DNA of 64,000 bases, from assembly GCA_973895155.1 (NCBI GenBank), contig OZ316893.1:2254420-2318419 (forward strand), written 5' to 3'. Each line of letters begins with the position of its first letter. The first letter of the stretch is position 1. Below the pieces are notes generated by a model. The model saw only the letters and a program-made list of their open reading frames with translations. It made no database searches and was not told the origin of the DNA. The position numbers and the translations under genes are program-made. The stretch comes from Marsupella aquatica (lineage: Eukaryota > Plantae > Marchantiophyta). Shown here piece after piece: positions 51,501 through 62,302 of the stretch.

Positions 51501-52423
51501 ATGAACTCAACTTTCTTTATACTCAGATTCTGGCTAGAATTAAGGAAGACTTAAGCATAGGATTAGATTCTTGCTAGAATTGAGGAGGACCAAAGCATAG
51601 GATTTTGGGCCTTACTTGAGTCAGTATTTTCTACTGTAGCAGACTAAAGAGCATATTATTCTATCTAATTGATATGCATTAAAAAAGAAAATTCCTAAAG
51701 GTAATGATGAGTTTCTCAAATTAATATTAAGGGACAAAACAAGGGCAAGCTGCAGGGTAAATTTTAAGTTTTTTTTCACCAAAGTGGTTAATGTAGCCTT
51801 TGTGTGAAGGAGAAGATGCTAATAATATTCCACATCCCATTTTCATAAAATAATTCATGACCGCTAGATCTCCCTTGATTTAAGGACAAACATCATATTC
51901 TGGCTACTGGGGTCTGTGGCTAGGCCGGAGAATGACTAGTTAACGACAAAATCCTGGAAAATTTTGGCCAATAATGGCAAAGACATTTGAGTGAGGTGGA
52001 ATTTGGCAATATTTCACCTCTCAAAAAACGCTAGCTACCTCCAGTCATGGACAATAAATTATGCCTGTGAAGAATAATTAGTTCCTACAACTAAGGATTA
52101 TTATGTGAATTGCCCAATGCTTGTGTGTTTCACAACATTGTCAATAGTAATTGATTCCCCAAGAACAAGCCAGGGAAACAAGTAATGTGGTCATTCCAAG
52201 AAACCTAAGTAGGAGGGTTAGCAGCCCCAAATTTCAATGATGCAAATATTGGACTAAGGACAATTTACTATAGTTGCAAAGAGAGCACCGAGAGCACCAA
52301 CATCCTACCTACCGGCAAACCAAAAAAAAAGCGACCATGTTGCTCCTTTGGGCTTTAGCCCGTTTGCCCAGTGAGGGATCATTACATGCAAAAAAACATA
52401 GGGTCTTTTTTATTCATTTTTGT

Positions 52424-53248
52424 TCACGATGCTATGAGAGATGCAACTGCTCAGGTTCTCTCTGGCTCTTTGGTCAATGTGCGGCGGGAGGTGGTGCTCG
52501 AGTTACCTGGTCCTCCATCATAGCGGTTACGGGTGGATCTTACCATGGTCCGTGAGGGTCAACGTACTTTGGCAAATGTAGTAGTGGCAAACCCATTGCG
52601 CCAAGACATCATTGGGTCAGCGGCAACAACGGCAGGGGCAGCGGCATCAGGAGCGGCAACAACGAAGGAGGCCAAATATGCTGCCCGAGCTTCATCTGAT
52701 ACCTTCCTCCCCCTTGCCCTTGAGATATTTGGGCATCTCCACCATCAATTCGACGGGCTTCTTCGACAAGCTGCTCGAGATGCTCATGGTCAGATGGGTC
52801 CCACCGGACCCCCACTATCTGTTTTGACCATGCACTTTTGCCAACGCATTTCAGTCACCTTATAGCGTGCTCAAGCTCGGGCCGTGCATCGTCGATCTCT
52901 GACAGTGGGTGCTAGTGTGCCTCCGCAACGGCTAGCCCCCTAGAGGACATTCCAGTCCCACTTGCCGATTTAGTTTCGACACTTGATGTGGACCATTAGC
53001 TGTTAGCCCCATTAGCTAGGAATAATAAGGACCTCGGTCCATTTGCGGTCATTTTAGTTCCCCTTTATTGGTTCTTAGAGGGTTCCTTTTGATCTTGGTT
53101 TTGCCCATTTGGGACCTCTTTTGTTTATTCTTTTGTACTATGTTTGGCCCTTTTTTGTACAAAGTTTGTGTATATTATTATGAGGAAAACTTATTAGTAT
53201 TCCTCTCCGGGTAATAGTTCAAAAAGAAAAAAAGAAAAAGAAAAAAAA
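52424..53248 (+). mobile_element. 5'-truncated non-LTR retrotransposon with C-terminal restriction-like endonuclease (CRE/SLACS-like)
   Basis: Reads HDAMRDA...VRRE...*RLRVDL......TLANVVVANP...AA..AATTKEAKY....TFLPLALEIFG...F.QRISVTL*RAQA, the RLE pattern of CRE-clade elements. Two in-frame TAGs, a T-rich 3'UTR and an A-rich tail at 53221-53248. Confidence 0.78.
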
Positions 53249-53276
53249 TGCTATCTGTCATGATCATATGCTCGGT

Positions 53277-53830
53277 TTAGAGAAACTTCCATAGAAATTG
53301 CAAACATTTGCACTCGATGGGATGCCTACAAATATAGGCCGCCCTGCTGGGTTGCTCGCTAGGGTGTTCTGTCCAAAGTGAAACCAACTTTAAATATTTT
53401 CTTGGTAGTTGGATATTGTGGACTAGTTTGGGGGCCCCAAAAGGTCTCACGCACGAGTTGCACCAACACCATCCCCTTTGCAGTAATATATGGTGTATCG
53501 GATTGCCACCTTTCTTGCTTAAAAGTATCCTATAACCCAAATAATGGTCTCCTCTTCTCTTCCCCTAATTACCTGTGGCGATGATGAGCTACAGTAGATG
53601 CTTTTATTGTTTGATTCTCAGCAGCTTTGTTTGTCAAACAGATTACTCAATATTGGCCTCATCTTTTTCCCTGGTTACCTGGGAGGGGTTACTAAGTCTA
53701 AACCCTAGATCCCCTTCGTGTGCTCATATCTTGAGAGTCAACAATAAGTATGGCCACACTTCCCCCACCCACCTCCATCATGTGCAAACAAGTAACCACT
53801 TGTTAGTAACCTTTCCTCCAAACTGATCAA
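53277..53830 (-). mobile_element. Possible L1 ORF2 relic
   Basis: Only the RHPIECKCLQFLWKFL fragment resembles the zf-RVT P.K...FLWK motif; otherwise decayed. Confidence 0.3.
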
Positions 53831-54757
53831 AATATGAAAATATGGAGTTAACTAAACTGGTGAAGTTAATCCCAGGCCCTTGTGATTGGTCCAGTGCCAT
53901 GTAATGAGGCTCTCTTGGTCATACCAAACCCTGTCAAAACCACGGAAGCCCACAGTCGCCCTTGCCGAAATGCGGTGTCACATTGGCAGACTCCCCATGA
54001 GACTAACTGCAGCCCAGCAAAGCCTGTGCCTGCCCTGTCATTATTTAGCAAAGTCCCAGGGATTTGGGGGGGGGGGGGGGGGGAAGGGGACAAACAGACA
54101 AGGAAGCAAATCACACCTCAAGTCTCTCCTGCCTGTGTTTGCAATGTAATCATTGGGGACCTCGGGTTAAGTACAGCAGTTTAGAGAACCCCAGATACAA
54201 AATAGGGGTCAAGGTGACAATTAAAATAGTTGGGATGACAGATTACCAATTCAATCAGCTTGGGGGACATCTTAGTCAAAGAGAGAAAACAAGTATAAAT
54301 AAATAAAATTAAAAATAGTGGAGGGAAAAAGGGAGAACAGAAACAGGGATTAACTAAATTGGGTGGGGGATCCGGTTGCGTTCAGATAAAGGCGCCTGTT
54401 ATTCTTAGTCCTGATTTCGTTGTTGGGGTAGAGAACGACTTTGGGATGTCGTTCAAATGAAAAGAATTTTGTGAGGGCAAGATTGATCACAAGTGATACC
54501 CAATCATCTATTTATACAATTCACCTCAATTCGATAATGATTTGGGGAATATATTGTGTGCGTTGAATGGTGTAGAACTCAGGACTTTATGACGGACAAT
54601 ACCAAGTAACAGCATAAATTGACTTTCGTTGGAATGCCCATTTAATTGGTGTAGGTCATATATGAAGGAAGGCATGTCTATCGTTCCACTTAGCTGAGCA
54701 AGCAAGTTATTTTTGTTAGTGAATCGTATGAGGTTGGTGTCCATGGTCAAATCTCGA

Positions 54758-54990
54758 GGTTTGCTACAAAATTGGTAGTAATCACATGCTATCGAACTGA
54801 GGTGAACTGAGATGTCCCAGGTTCAATCTTGGCTCTGCACACAAGGGGTGTAGTGGTGAAAGTTAGGGTCACTCTCCACCCCAAAGTGGTTCGCATTGAG
54901 GCCTGCTTTAACCTTATCTTCCTTGTCTGGATCCCTGTCCTATCCCCTAGGTATTGTCCCTTGTGACTACCCCACAGAATTGCATGCTCC
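54758..54990 (+). mobile_element. tRNA-derived SINE-like element
   Basis: Head GGTTTGCT...TGGTAGTAATCAC...GTCCCAGGTTCAATC has a B-box-like motif at 54820-54828. The body is shared with 15048-15197. No clear tail or TSD. Confidence 0.45.
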
Positions 54991-57900
54991 GGGTTTAGAG
55001 TTTGAGCACCCCATTTAGTATCTCTCTTCTTATAATATTTTCAAGTCAACATGAACATAAGTGATTTGCTTTTGCTGGACAACATTAATAATAAGAATAA
55101 TCATAGAATGGTTTAGGAAATTAAGGTATTTGAACTAGATCCAAATTCGACGTGGTATCCCAAGGAAACACTCCCATGACTTTCTACCTTTTGCTTGAGC
55201 ATTTCTCCAAAGGGGCCTCATGTCACACTCTAAAAATAAATGTTTTTTAAGCAACCCAGATGAGGGTCAAACATGGAGTGTATCCATAGTCAAACAGGGG
55301 TTGGTAGTGTGATTATCGCCTAGCTAATGCTCTTTGAGGTATTCTATAGATTCAATTTTGAGCCAACTTGCATGTGATCCATTGACCCTTTGTCTTGAGG
55401 CCCTTAAACTGACAGATGTCATGATAACATTCAACAAGACATTCATGCCTAAAGCCCCACTTTGTTGAGGGATGCTATATGCGAGTTGGCTTTTACTCTT
55501 GTCATGACCTGCTGTAGTTCTTTATAACTTTGACATCTGAGTCCCAGCTAAGTCAATAGTACTTTGTATGTCTAGATGCTCGTAGCGCATAAAGTTACAG
55601 ATGAGATTAATTGGTTTTGGAAACTACATGCAAATTTAATTTGTACTTGATACTACATGGTGGAAGGGAAAATAATGCTTCAATAGAATAGGCTGTCCAG
55701 CACAATCCAGATAGGCAACGTAGTATGGATGTTTGAAGTTACAGACAATACTGGGGTTGAGATTTCATCTACACTTTTCACTGTAATTAGTCTTGGTAAA
55801 ACTATTTTTGTAGCCTCAACTTTGTTGGTTACTTCTCCATTAACATTACCAACATTAATTATGGACTACACTAATAATGTGCGCATTAAATAACATTAGT
55901 GTAATGCTAATTAATTGTATAACACTTGTGGGAGAGTTAGGGTAATACTAATTCAGTTTGTGCACAACACTATTTAGAGAGTTTTCTTGGAGGCCACGTT
56001 TCAAAGACAATCACTTCATACAAGCAATAGTGAGAGGGTTCTAATGGACAGATAACAAAAGACATTGCTCTTTCACCTTTGACAACTAGGGAACAACTTA
56101 GTGTGGTTCATTCACCCAATACCACTAGAAATGAAAGAAAAAGTTACAACTAGAGAACAAAGCCTCAACAGGTCTATACTATCAAAACAATGTCAGCACG
56201 AATTAGGAGAAGAATTAGACAATGCGAGTTGCTCTTGTGCTAGGGTTCTTAAAAGGAGCTTCCTATGGGGGTCTTTAAGAAAGGGTGTCAGAGAGTGATG
56301 GTGTAAGGGGTGTCACAGTCCATGGGGATTGTAGGGTTCAGGAGCTAGGTCCTTTATGGCATACTACTCGGAGAGAGAAGACAAGAAGGTTGAAAATAAG
56401 AAGAACAAACAAGAGGAAGGTGGATTGGGAATGAGACAGTAATGCCCAGATGGACTGGCCCATTGTCCATGGCAACTAGTATGGACCACTACAGGCTTTA
56501 CATACACTGAAATTGCATTTTAAACCATCACTAGCCATGGCAAAACATGGATCCACCAGGTTTCACCATTAACAGTACCTTTTTCCTGAAATTGTGGAGC
56601 AAAATGACAAAGTAGAGGAGAGGAATGAGTAGAATGTGAAAAAGGAAGAAGTCTTCGACACTTTGATTCCCCTTTTATATGCCTGGCTAGTGACGGTTTA
56701 AAGGCTTAACGAGCTAAGTGTGGATGATGACTTGACGGACTTAGGGTTGGAAGACATCAAGATATCATCCCGTCACTTAAGAAATTCAACAGAGACCTTC
56801 CATTGATAGCCGTTGACCACTTGACTACCCTATCAAGTGAGGTGCCAAGTTGGGTTTTTGGAAAATGCCCTAAGTACTCACAACTTGGTGACAACATGGA
56901 TGAAAACTTGACAGCCTTAGGTCTATGAGACATCAAAACATCATTCCATCACTCAAAAAATTCAAATGTGATAGTTCCAGAGCCGTGGAATGCTTGACCA
57001 CCCTCTTCCTAAGAAATTTTTCATATATTTCATTAAAACCACAAAAACTCCACTTAGGGGGGAAGCATGCAGCACCAGAATGAAAAAGAACAACAAAAGA
57101 CAACTCCACCCAGGAGGCCAGAAAATAACATAAGCAAGGGAAGGGGCAAACCAGCCCACCAAATGGCCAGAGCAACCAAACAAAGTGAACCAAAACCAAA
57201 GGCAAACAAGCCGCACCAACGGCATAACCACTGTCCTCGAGGCAGATCAAAAGGCCAACTCAGGACACAACCCCTGCAGACTCGAATCTTAATGGGACAG
57301 AGGGAAAGAAGCAATTCCACCAGGCTCCCAGGCAAATCATAACCCCAAGGAAGGAAGCAATTATCCTAATCTAGTCTTAAACCTAATCAACCACTCACCT
57401 TCAAAAAGCTGATGGGCCTTCAGACCAGCCGACTCAGCCCATAACAACACAACAACCGATAGAATCCAAAAGCCCAGTAACCTAAGAGCTAACCGGCATG
57501 TAGCAGCCCTTAGTTTCCCAGCCCTCAGCAATCACAAAAATGAAGGGCAAAAAGAATATTGCATTGGACAAGAGTATCTGCTTGACTTTGCTTTTTGTCT
57601 TATTTGAGAAATCAAAGGTAGGGACCTCAAACCCTTTGGAAGTTCACATCCTGAACCCTCAGGCCTGGCTTGGGAGGGGATTCAGGTGTCCATCTCTCGC
57701 TCACTTACATGCTGCCGTGCATAAGGTTGAGGGCCGGAAAGCTTTCGCTCACTTACATTCTGCCCTGCGTAAGGTGGGGCCGGAAATATTACAGCCAATC
57801 ACATGCAAGTTGGCTCTAAGCCTGTGCAATAGGGCACCAAACCCTAGAACCCTAAGTGCCTCTTAAAGAAGCAGCCAGACAGGAGTTCATCAAGATGTTT

Positions 57901-58902
57901 AGGGGGTAGGGTTCTAGGAAAATGCCTCAAGTACTCGTGACTTACAATTTCTTAAAAGTGGAGTGATCACATGGGTCAACTTAAAACTTGAAGTGGAATG
58001 ATTATATGGGTCAACTGAAAACCGTGTACCATCTGCCTTTATAGGTTATTTTTCAGTGCACCATGATTATAAGCAATGATTGTAAGCAATTTCAGAGATT
58101 TGGGTTCATCATGGAAAACGTGCCTGCCAGTCCTGCATTACTTTATTGGGATTGAACAAGAAGGTTGATTATGTGAAAGAAGGAGAAGGTGATTCAGTGG
58201 ATTCAATGGGGAGCAGAGAGACTACAGTGGAGCTCAGATACGATTGCATCACAGTGTGGGCGCTCAACTGGAGGATACCACTACTCAATCCGCAGTAGTC
58301 TAATGGAGAGCGAGGTTTGCTCTTGCTCCTCATCACGAACGAGATCAGTTTTATTTGTTTGTTCTTTGGTCAAGGTTGCGATCAGTAGTGCCATTTGCCA
58401 GTGCCTCACGTTCGATTGGGAGAAGTAATCGAATCGAAAATTGGGGTTGATCGCTTACTTTGCTGCTAGATTAAGTTTGGGAGAGAAATGGTCGCAGTTA
58501 TGGTGGCAGAGAGAAAGAGCGAGAGTTTTCTTGGTGGTAGAAGCCGTTAATGTGAAGGGCAGTTTTAGAATGAAATGTCAGTAATCCAATCTGGTGAAGC
58601 AAAACTGTGCCAGGCAGCTCGCGTGTGTGAAAGTTATGCTGCTGCTCCAGTTCGGTAGCCAAAGATTGAAGCACATGGCACCGTAGCAAAGCTTGTCGTG
58701 TGTGCATTCTCTTTTTTTTTTGTTACGAATTGGTTTGTCGTAAACCCTAAACTGTTAATTCCTTCCTTGTTTGTTCTCCTCGTTGGCTGTCCTCTTGGGC
58801 AATGTCAGGTCAGGGCAAAGGACGGGCCACGAATTGGGGAGGTCCGAAAGGTGGATTCTCGGGTGTAGAGGGTATGTTGTGCAAGCGGTCGAGCAGAAAA
58901 GG

Positions 58903-60246
58903 ATGGACAGGTTAAACGCATTGACGAATTGCAGCGACTTTTGGGGTGGCTTTTGGTCAGGGCCGGGTTTCGTCGCCAGGAATGAATTTGAGAAGCTGGG
59001 GAGCAGGGTGTTTGGACAAGCAGCAACAATAGGAGAGGATGAGAGCGAGGCAGGAGGGTGGCGTCTCCGACGCAGTAGCAGCAGGAAGAACCGAGTCCAA
59101 TTTTTTGCTAGTCGTTCTCTTCAAGCTTCCAGTCCGGGGAGGAGAGGGTTTTTGGCCTCCACTGCGGCAACTCTTGGAGAGGTGAGACTCCGCAGAAGTG
59201 GGATGGGCGGGAAGCCTTGTTCATCTTCTGAAGGAGGTGGCTCTGGCTCTGTGGGGGATTCTTCTTCTCTTAGTGTGGACGAGCTCTTGAGACACCCTCT
59301 GGCCATTGTCAGCCTGGTGCCGCGAGAGCTGTCATTGTTCCTGGCCGGGGCTTTGGCTGGGGCTGCTGCCAAGACGGTGACAGCACCATTGGACCGTGTC
59401 AAGCTCCTCATGCAGGTGCACGGTGTGCAGGCAGCTCAGGCTGGCATCAAAACTTCAATAGGGTTTATGGAGGCGATCATGAAGATTGGGACAGAGGGAG
59501 GAGTCAAGGGTTATTGGAAGGGAAACCTACCCCAGGTCATACGTGTGATTCCATACAGTGCGGTGCAGCTTTTTGCATATGAAACGTATAAGAAAATGTT
59601 GAAAGGGGACAATGCTGAGCTCTCTGTGGGCAGGAGGCTCATAGCAGGGGCATGTGCGGGCATGACCTCGACCCTGGTCACCTACCCTTTGGACACTTTG
59701 CGTCTGCGGATGGCTGTTGATCCAGCCTCCAAGACAATGGGTCAGGTAATTGTCAACATGATGAAGAATGAAGGGTTGGCATCATTCTACTGTGGTCTGG
59801 GCCCATCTCTTCTGGGCATTGCTCCCTACATTGCTTTGAACTTCTGCATATTTGATCTGGTGAAGAAGTCGCTTCCAGAGGAGGTGAGGAAACGTCCTGA
59901 AGCATCGTTGCTTACAGCGTTGGCATCAGCCACATTTGCCACCGCAATGTGTTACCCTCTTGATACAGTCCGACGGCAGCTGCAAATGAAGGGCACTCCT
60001 TTCAAGAGCGTTGCTGACGCTATTCCCGGCATTATTGCTCGAGATGGGTTCATGGGCTTGTATCGAGGCTTTCTTCCCAACGCCCTCAAGAATCTCCCCA
60101 GCAGCAGTATTCGTCTGACCACGTTTGATGCTGCCAAGAATTTAATTAGTGCTAGTCAGACAGAGTATGATAGATTGCTTAACGGAAGACACAAAACTAG
60201 CGAACCTGCTCGGGGCGGTGAGATCGAGAAGATCCGGAGAGATTAG
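58903..60246 (+). CDS. TAAC: Thylakoid/envelope ADP,ATP carrier-like protein (mitochondrial carrier family), 447 aa, single coding exon
   Basis: Ser/Arg-rich N-terminal extension, then LL.HPLAI...VPR...LF.AGALAGAAAKTVTAPLDRVKLLMQ and GYWKGNLPQVIRVIPYSAVQLFAYE. Three PxD/E carrier repeats (PLDRVK, PLDTLR, PLDTVR) and GFLPNALKNLP.SSIRLTTFD. First in-frame ATG at 58903; a probable 5'UTR intron acceptor at 58808. Confidence 0.92.
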   Translation: MDRLNALTNCSDFWGGFWSGPGFVARNEFEKLGSRVFGQAATIGEDESEAGGWRLRRSSSRKNRVQFFASRSLQASSPGRRGFLASTAATLGEVRLRRSGMGGKPCSSSEGGGSGSVGDSSSLSVDELLRHPLAIVSLVPRELSLFLAGALAGAAAKTVTAPLDRVKLLMQVHGVQAAQAGIKTSIGFMEAIMKIGTEGGVKGYWKGNLPQVIRVIPYSAVQLFAYETYKKMLKGDNAELSVGRRLIAGACAGMTSTLVTYPLDTLRLRMAVDPASKTMGQVIVNMMKNEGLASFYCGLGPSLLGIAPYIALNFCIFDLVKKSLPEEVRKRPEASLLTALASATFATAMCYPLDTVRRQLQMKGTPFKSVADAIPGIIARDGFMGLYRGFLPNALKNLPSSSIRLTTFDAAKNLISASQTEYDRLLNGRHKTSEPARGGEIEKIRRD

Positions 60247-61415
60247 AATGAGACGGGAAACCAGGATTAGCACTCCTTTCTTGTAGAATAGGTCTATTTT
60301 ATTGAGGCTCAAGAGGAGCCTTCTGAGCATGCTATTGAGACTATTTAGTAGGTAACAATGGACCATTTGCTCCATTTTCCGTTGTAACCTCTGAGATTAT
60401 ATTGTCCATATGGATTAGCACATTTAGCTCGAGACATTCTGCCTTATAGCCATAGATATGACAATGGCTGAACGATTTATCGTCGAAGTAGTCAGGGTGA
60501 TCATATTCTGAAATTGACGAGGACGAACGCAATTGATCAGTGTCCTCGACGTCACCTCTCGAGGGGTGTTCACGTGGAGACATTTATATGATCCACGACA
60601 TTGATATCGATTCTTGCATATTCTACGCATTATTTTGTAGGTTGGTTCACAGCAGTATTACACATTTGCTCCATCGTGTTTAGCCTTGTAAGTTACTCCC
60701 TTCAGGATGGCCTTTCTGGCAATGAAGAATCCTTAGTAAGTTGCAGTACTGAAATCCTTCATGTTTTATGTCAAACGTCTCCGACCATCTAAAGTCGTGA
60801 TCGGAAAGATGCCAGTTACATTTTCTTCTACGAGAGAGCTATAAATAAGTTCTGTTTGTGACAGAAGAAAAAATCCATTGGATGGATATGCGTGACATTC
60901 ATGTCTATCCAGGGCACATGGCATGCATTTTCTTTGCCTCTGCAGTTGCATGCGAATTTGGCCATCTCAGCCCTGGACTACTGTTGTGGTGGACAATGAC
61001 CTCGTGAGAGTACTGACCAGGCACACCTACAATGGCAAAATTGCAAGACAATATCTGCTTCACAGTATAGGATTTGGTGGTAGGGAGACCGAGATCAAAT
61101 GAGGAAAGGGGAATGTTATTGAAAATCCGGATACAATTATTTCATGTTCTATTCAGCTTTGATCTTAATGCTCTACATTTCTTATTTTCTTGCACACCAG
61201 TTTCTGATATTTGAGGTTTTACATTCACAGACAGAGTTTGGGGCCTGTGAATTCATTCATTCATTGATGACCAGAAATTGTGAATTTCTTTGTGCCAGCC
61301 AATCCGAAAGTACGGCACCTTGTCTAACACTGAGACATTTTATTCTATGATGACCTGGAACTGAACCGAAACCGTATTACGAAATTTATAAAGTGTGTCG
61401 TAAATTATTGCCTGT

Positions 61416-61601
61416 CCCCATAGTCAATGGCAAAAGAGCACTGCCGTTATCCTGTGTAGTCGACTGGATTGTAAAGCAAGACACGGGTGCCAATGTCAAA
61501 TCTATTTACTGCTGCCCCCTAGTCAATGACAAAGAGTACTGCCGTTATCCTGCGTAGTCGACTGGATTGTCAAGCAAGACACGGGTGCCAATGTCAAATT
61601 T
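61416..61601. repeat. Tandem duplication of about 100 bp
   Basis: TAGTCAATG.CAAA.GAG.ACTGCCGTTATCCTG.GTAGTCGACTGGATTGT.AAGCAAGACACGGGTGCCAATGTCAAAT occurs twice. Confidence 0.9.
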
Positions 61602-62302
61602 ACCAGCTTCTGAAATACAGCTTTTATCCGTGAGTGGATACCTTCGGCAAAGTTTGGAAGGCCTCTGATTCAAAATGACCCACGACCGTTATGCGTGATT
61701 TCGCTGTCCATTGGAGTCCAATTTTGAATTGCTTTTGCAACAGTCCACAAGGAAATGTCATTTTGGTGCGTTATACACGTCAGCCCAGCTACTGCTTGCG
61801 AGTTACTAGGTACAAATAAACAATCGTTGAAGTTGGCTACCTTGGATCGGAGAGCGAGGATGCCAATGTTGGGGGTGGACGAGTGCTGCCAGCAAATTCA
61901 CCTTGAATGTAACGTCTCAATGGAGGTCTGCTACACATGTAATAGCAGAGCAGAGGGCCTCTCAATCAGGAACACAGGTCTGGCCTACAGTAAATTACTG
62001 AAGCTCCTTTGAGTAGTCCTTACGCAAACCAAGTATATGTTAGTTTTGAGTCCGCACGTTTCAATCAATTTGGGACAGTGCCCAACGTTCATGTCATGCA
62101 CACAAGATCTCTGCCTATAATTGCCAACTTTCGATTCGTGTTGAAAGGAAAATTTAAGTTGCCACAAAATGAACGACGCATTCATCCATCATGTAGTCCT
62201 GACAACACCAAAAATACTTGACATTTTCTTGTTTCTCAACATTTCTTGGCCAGTCCTGCTAACTTCTTTGTCATTTTAATGGTCGGACGCTATCAAACAA
62301 AC

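Noticed and set aside
54066-54083. G18 run as a functional G-quadruplex
   Set aside because: An isolated homopolymer in decayed intergenic DNA with no supporting context.
54758-54835. Functional tRNA gene
   Set aside because: Only a B-box-like motif; no cloverleaf can be folded. Treated as a SINE-like head.
56933-57530. ORFs of 89-105 aa or a LINE 3' end on the minus strand
   Set aside because: Low-complexity T/G-rich sequence with an A-rich end; suggestive of a LINE 3'UTR but with no diagnostic motif.
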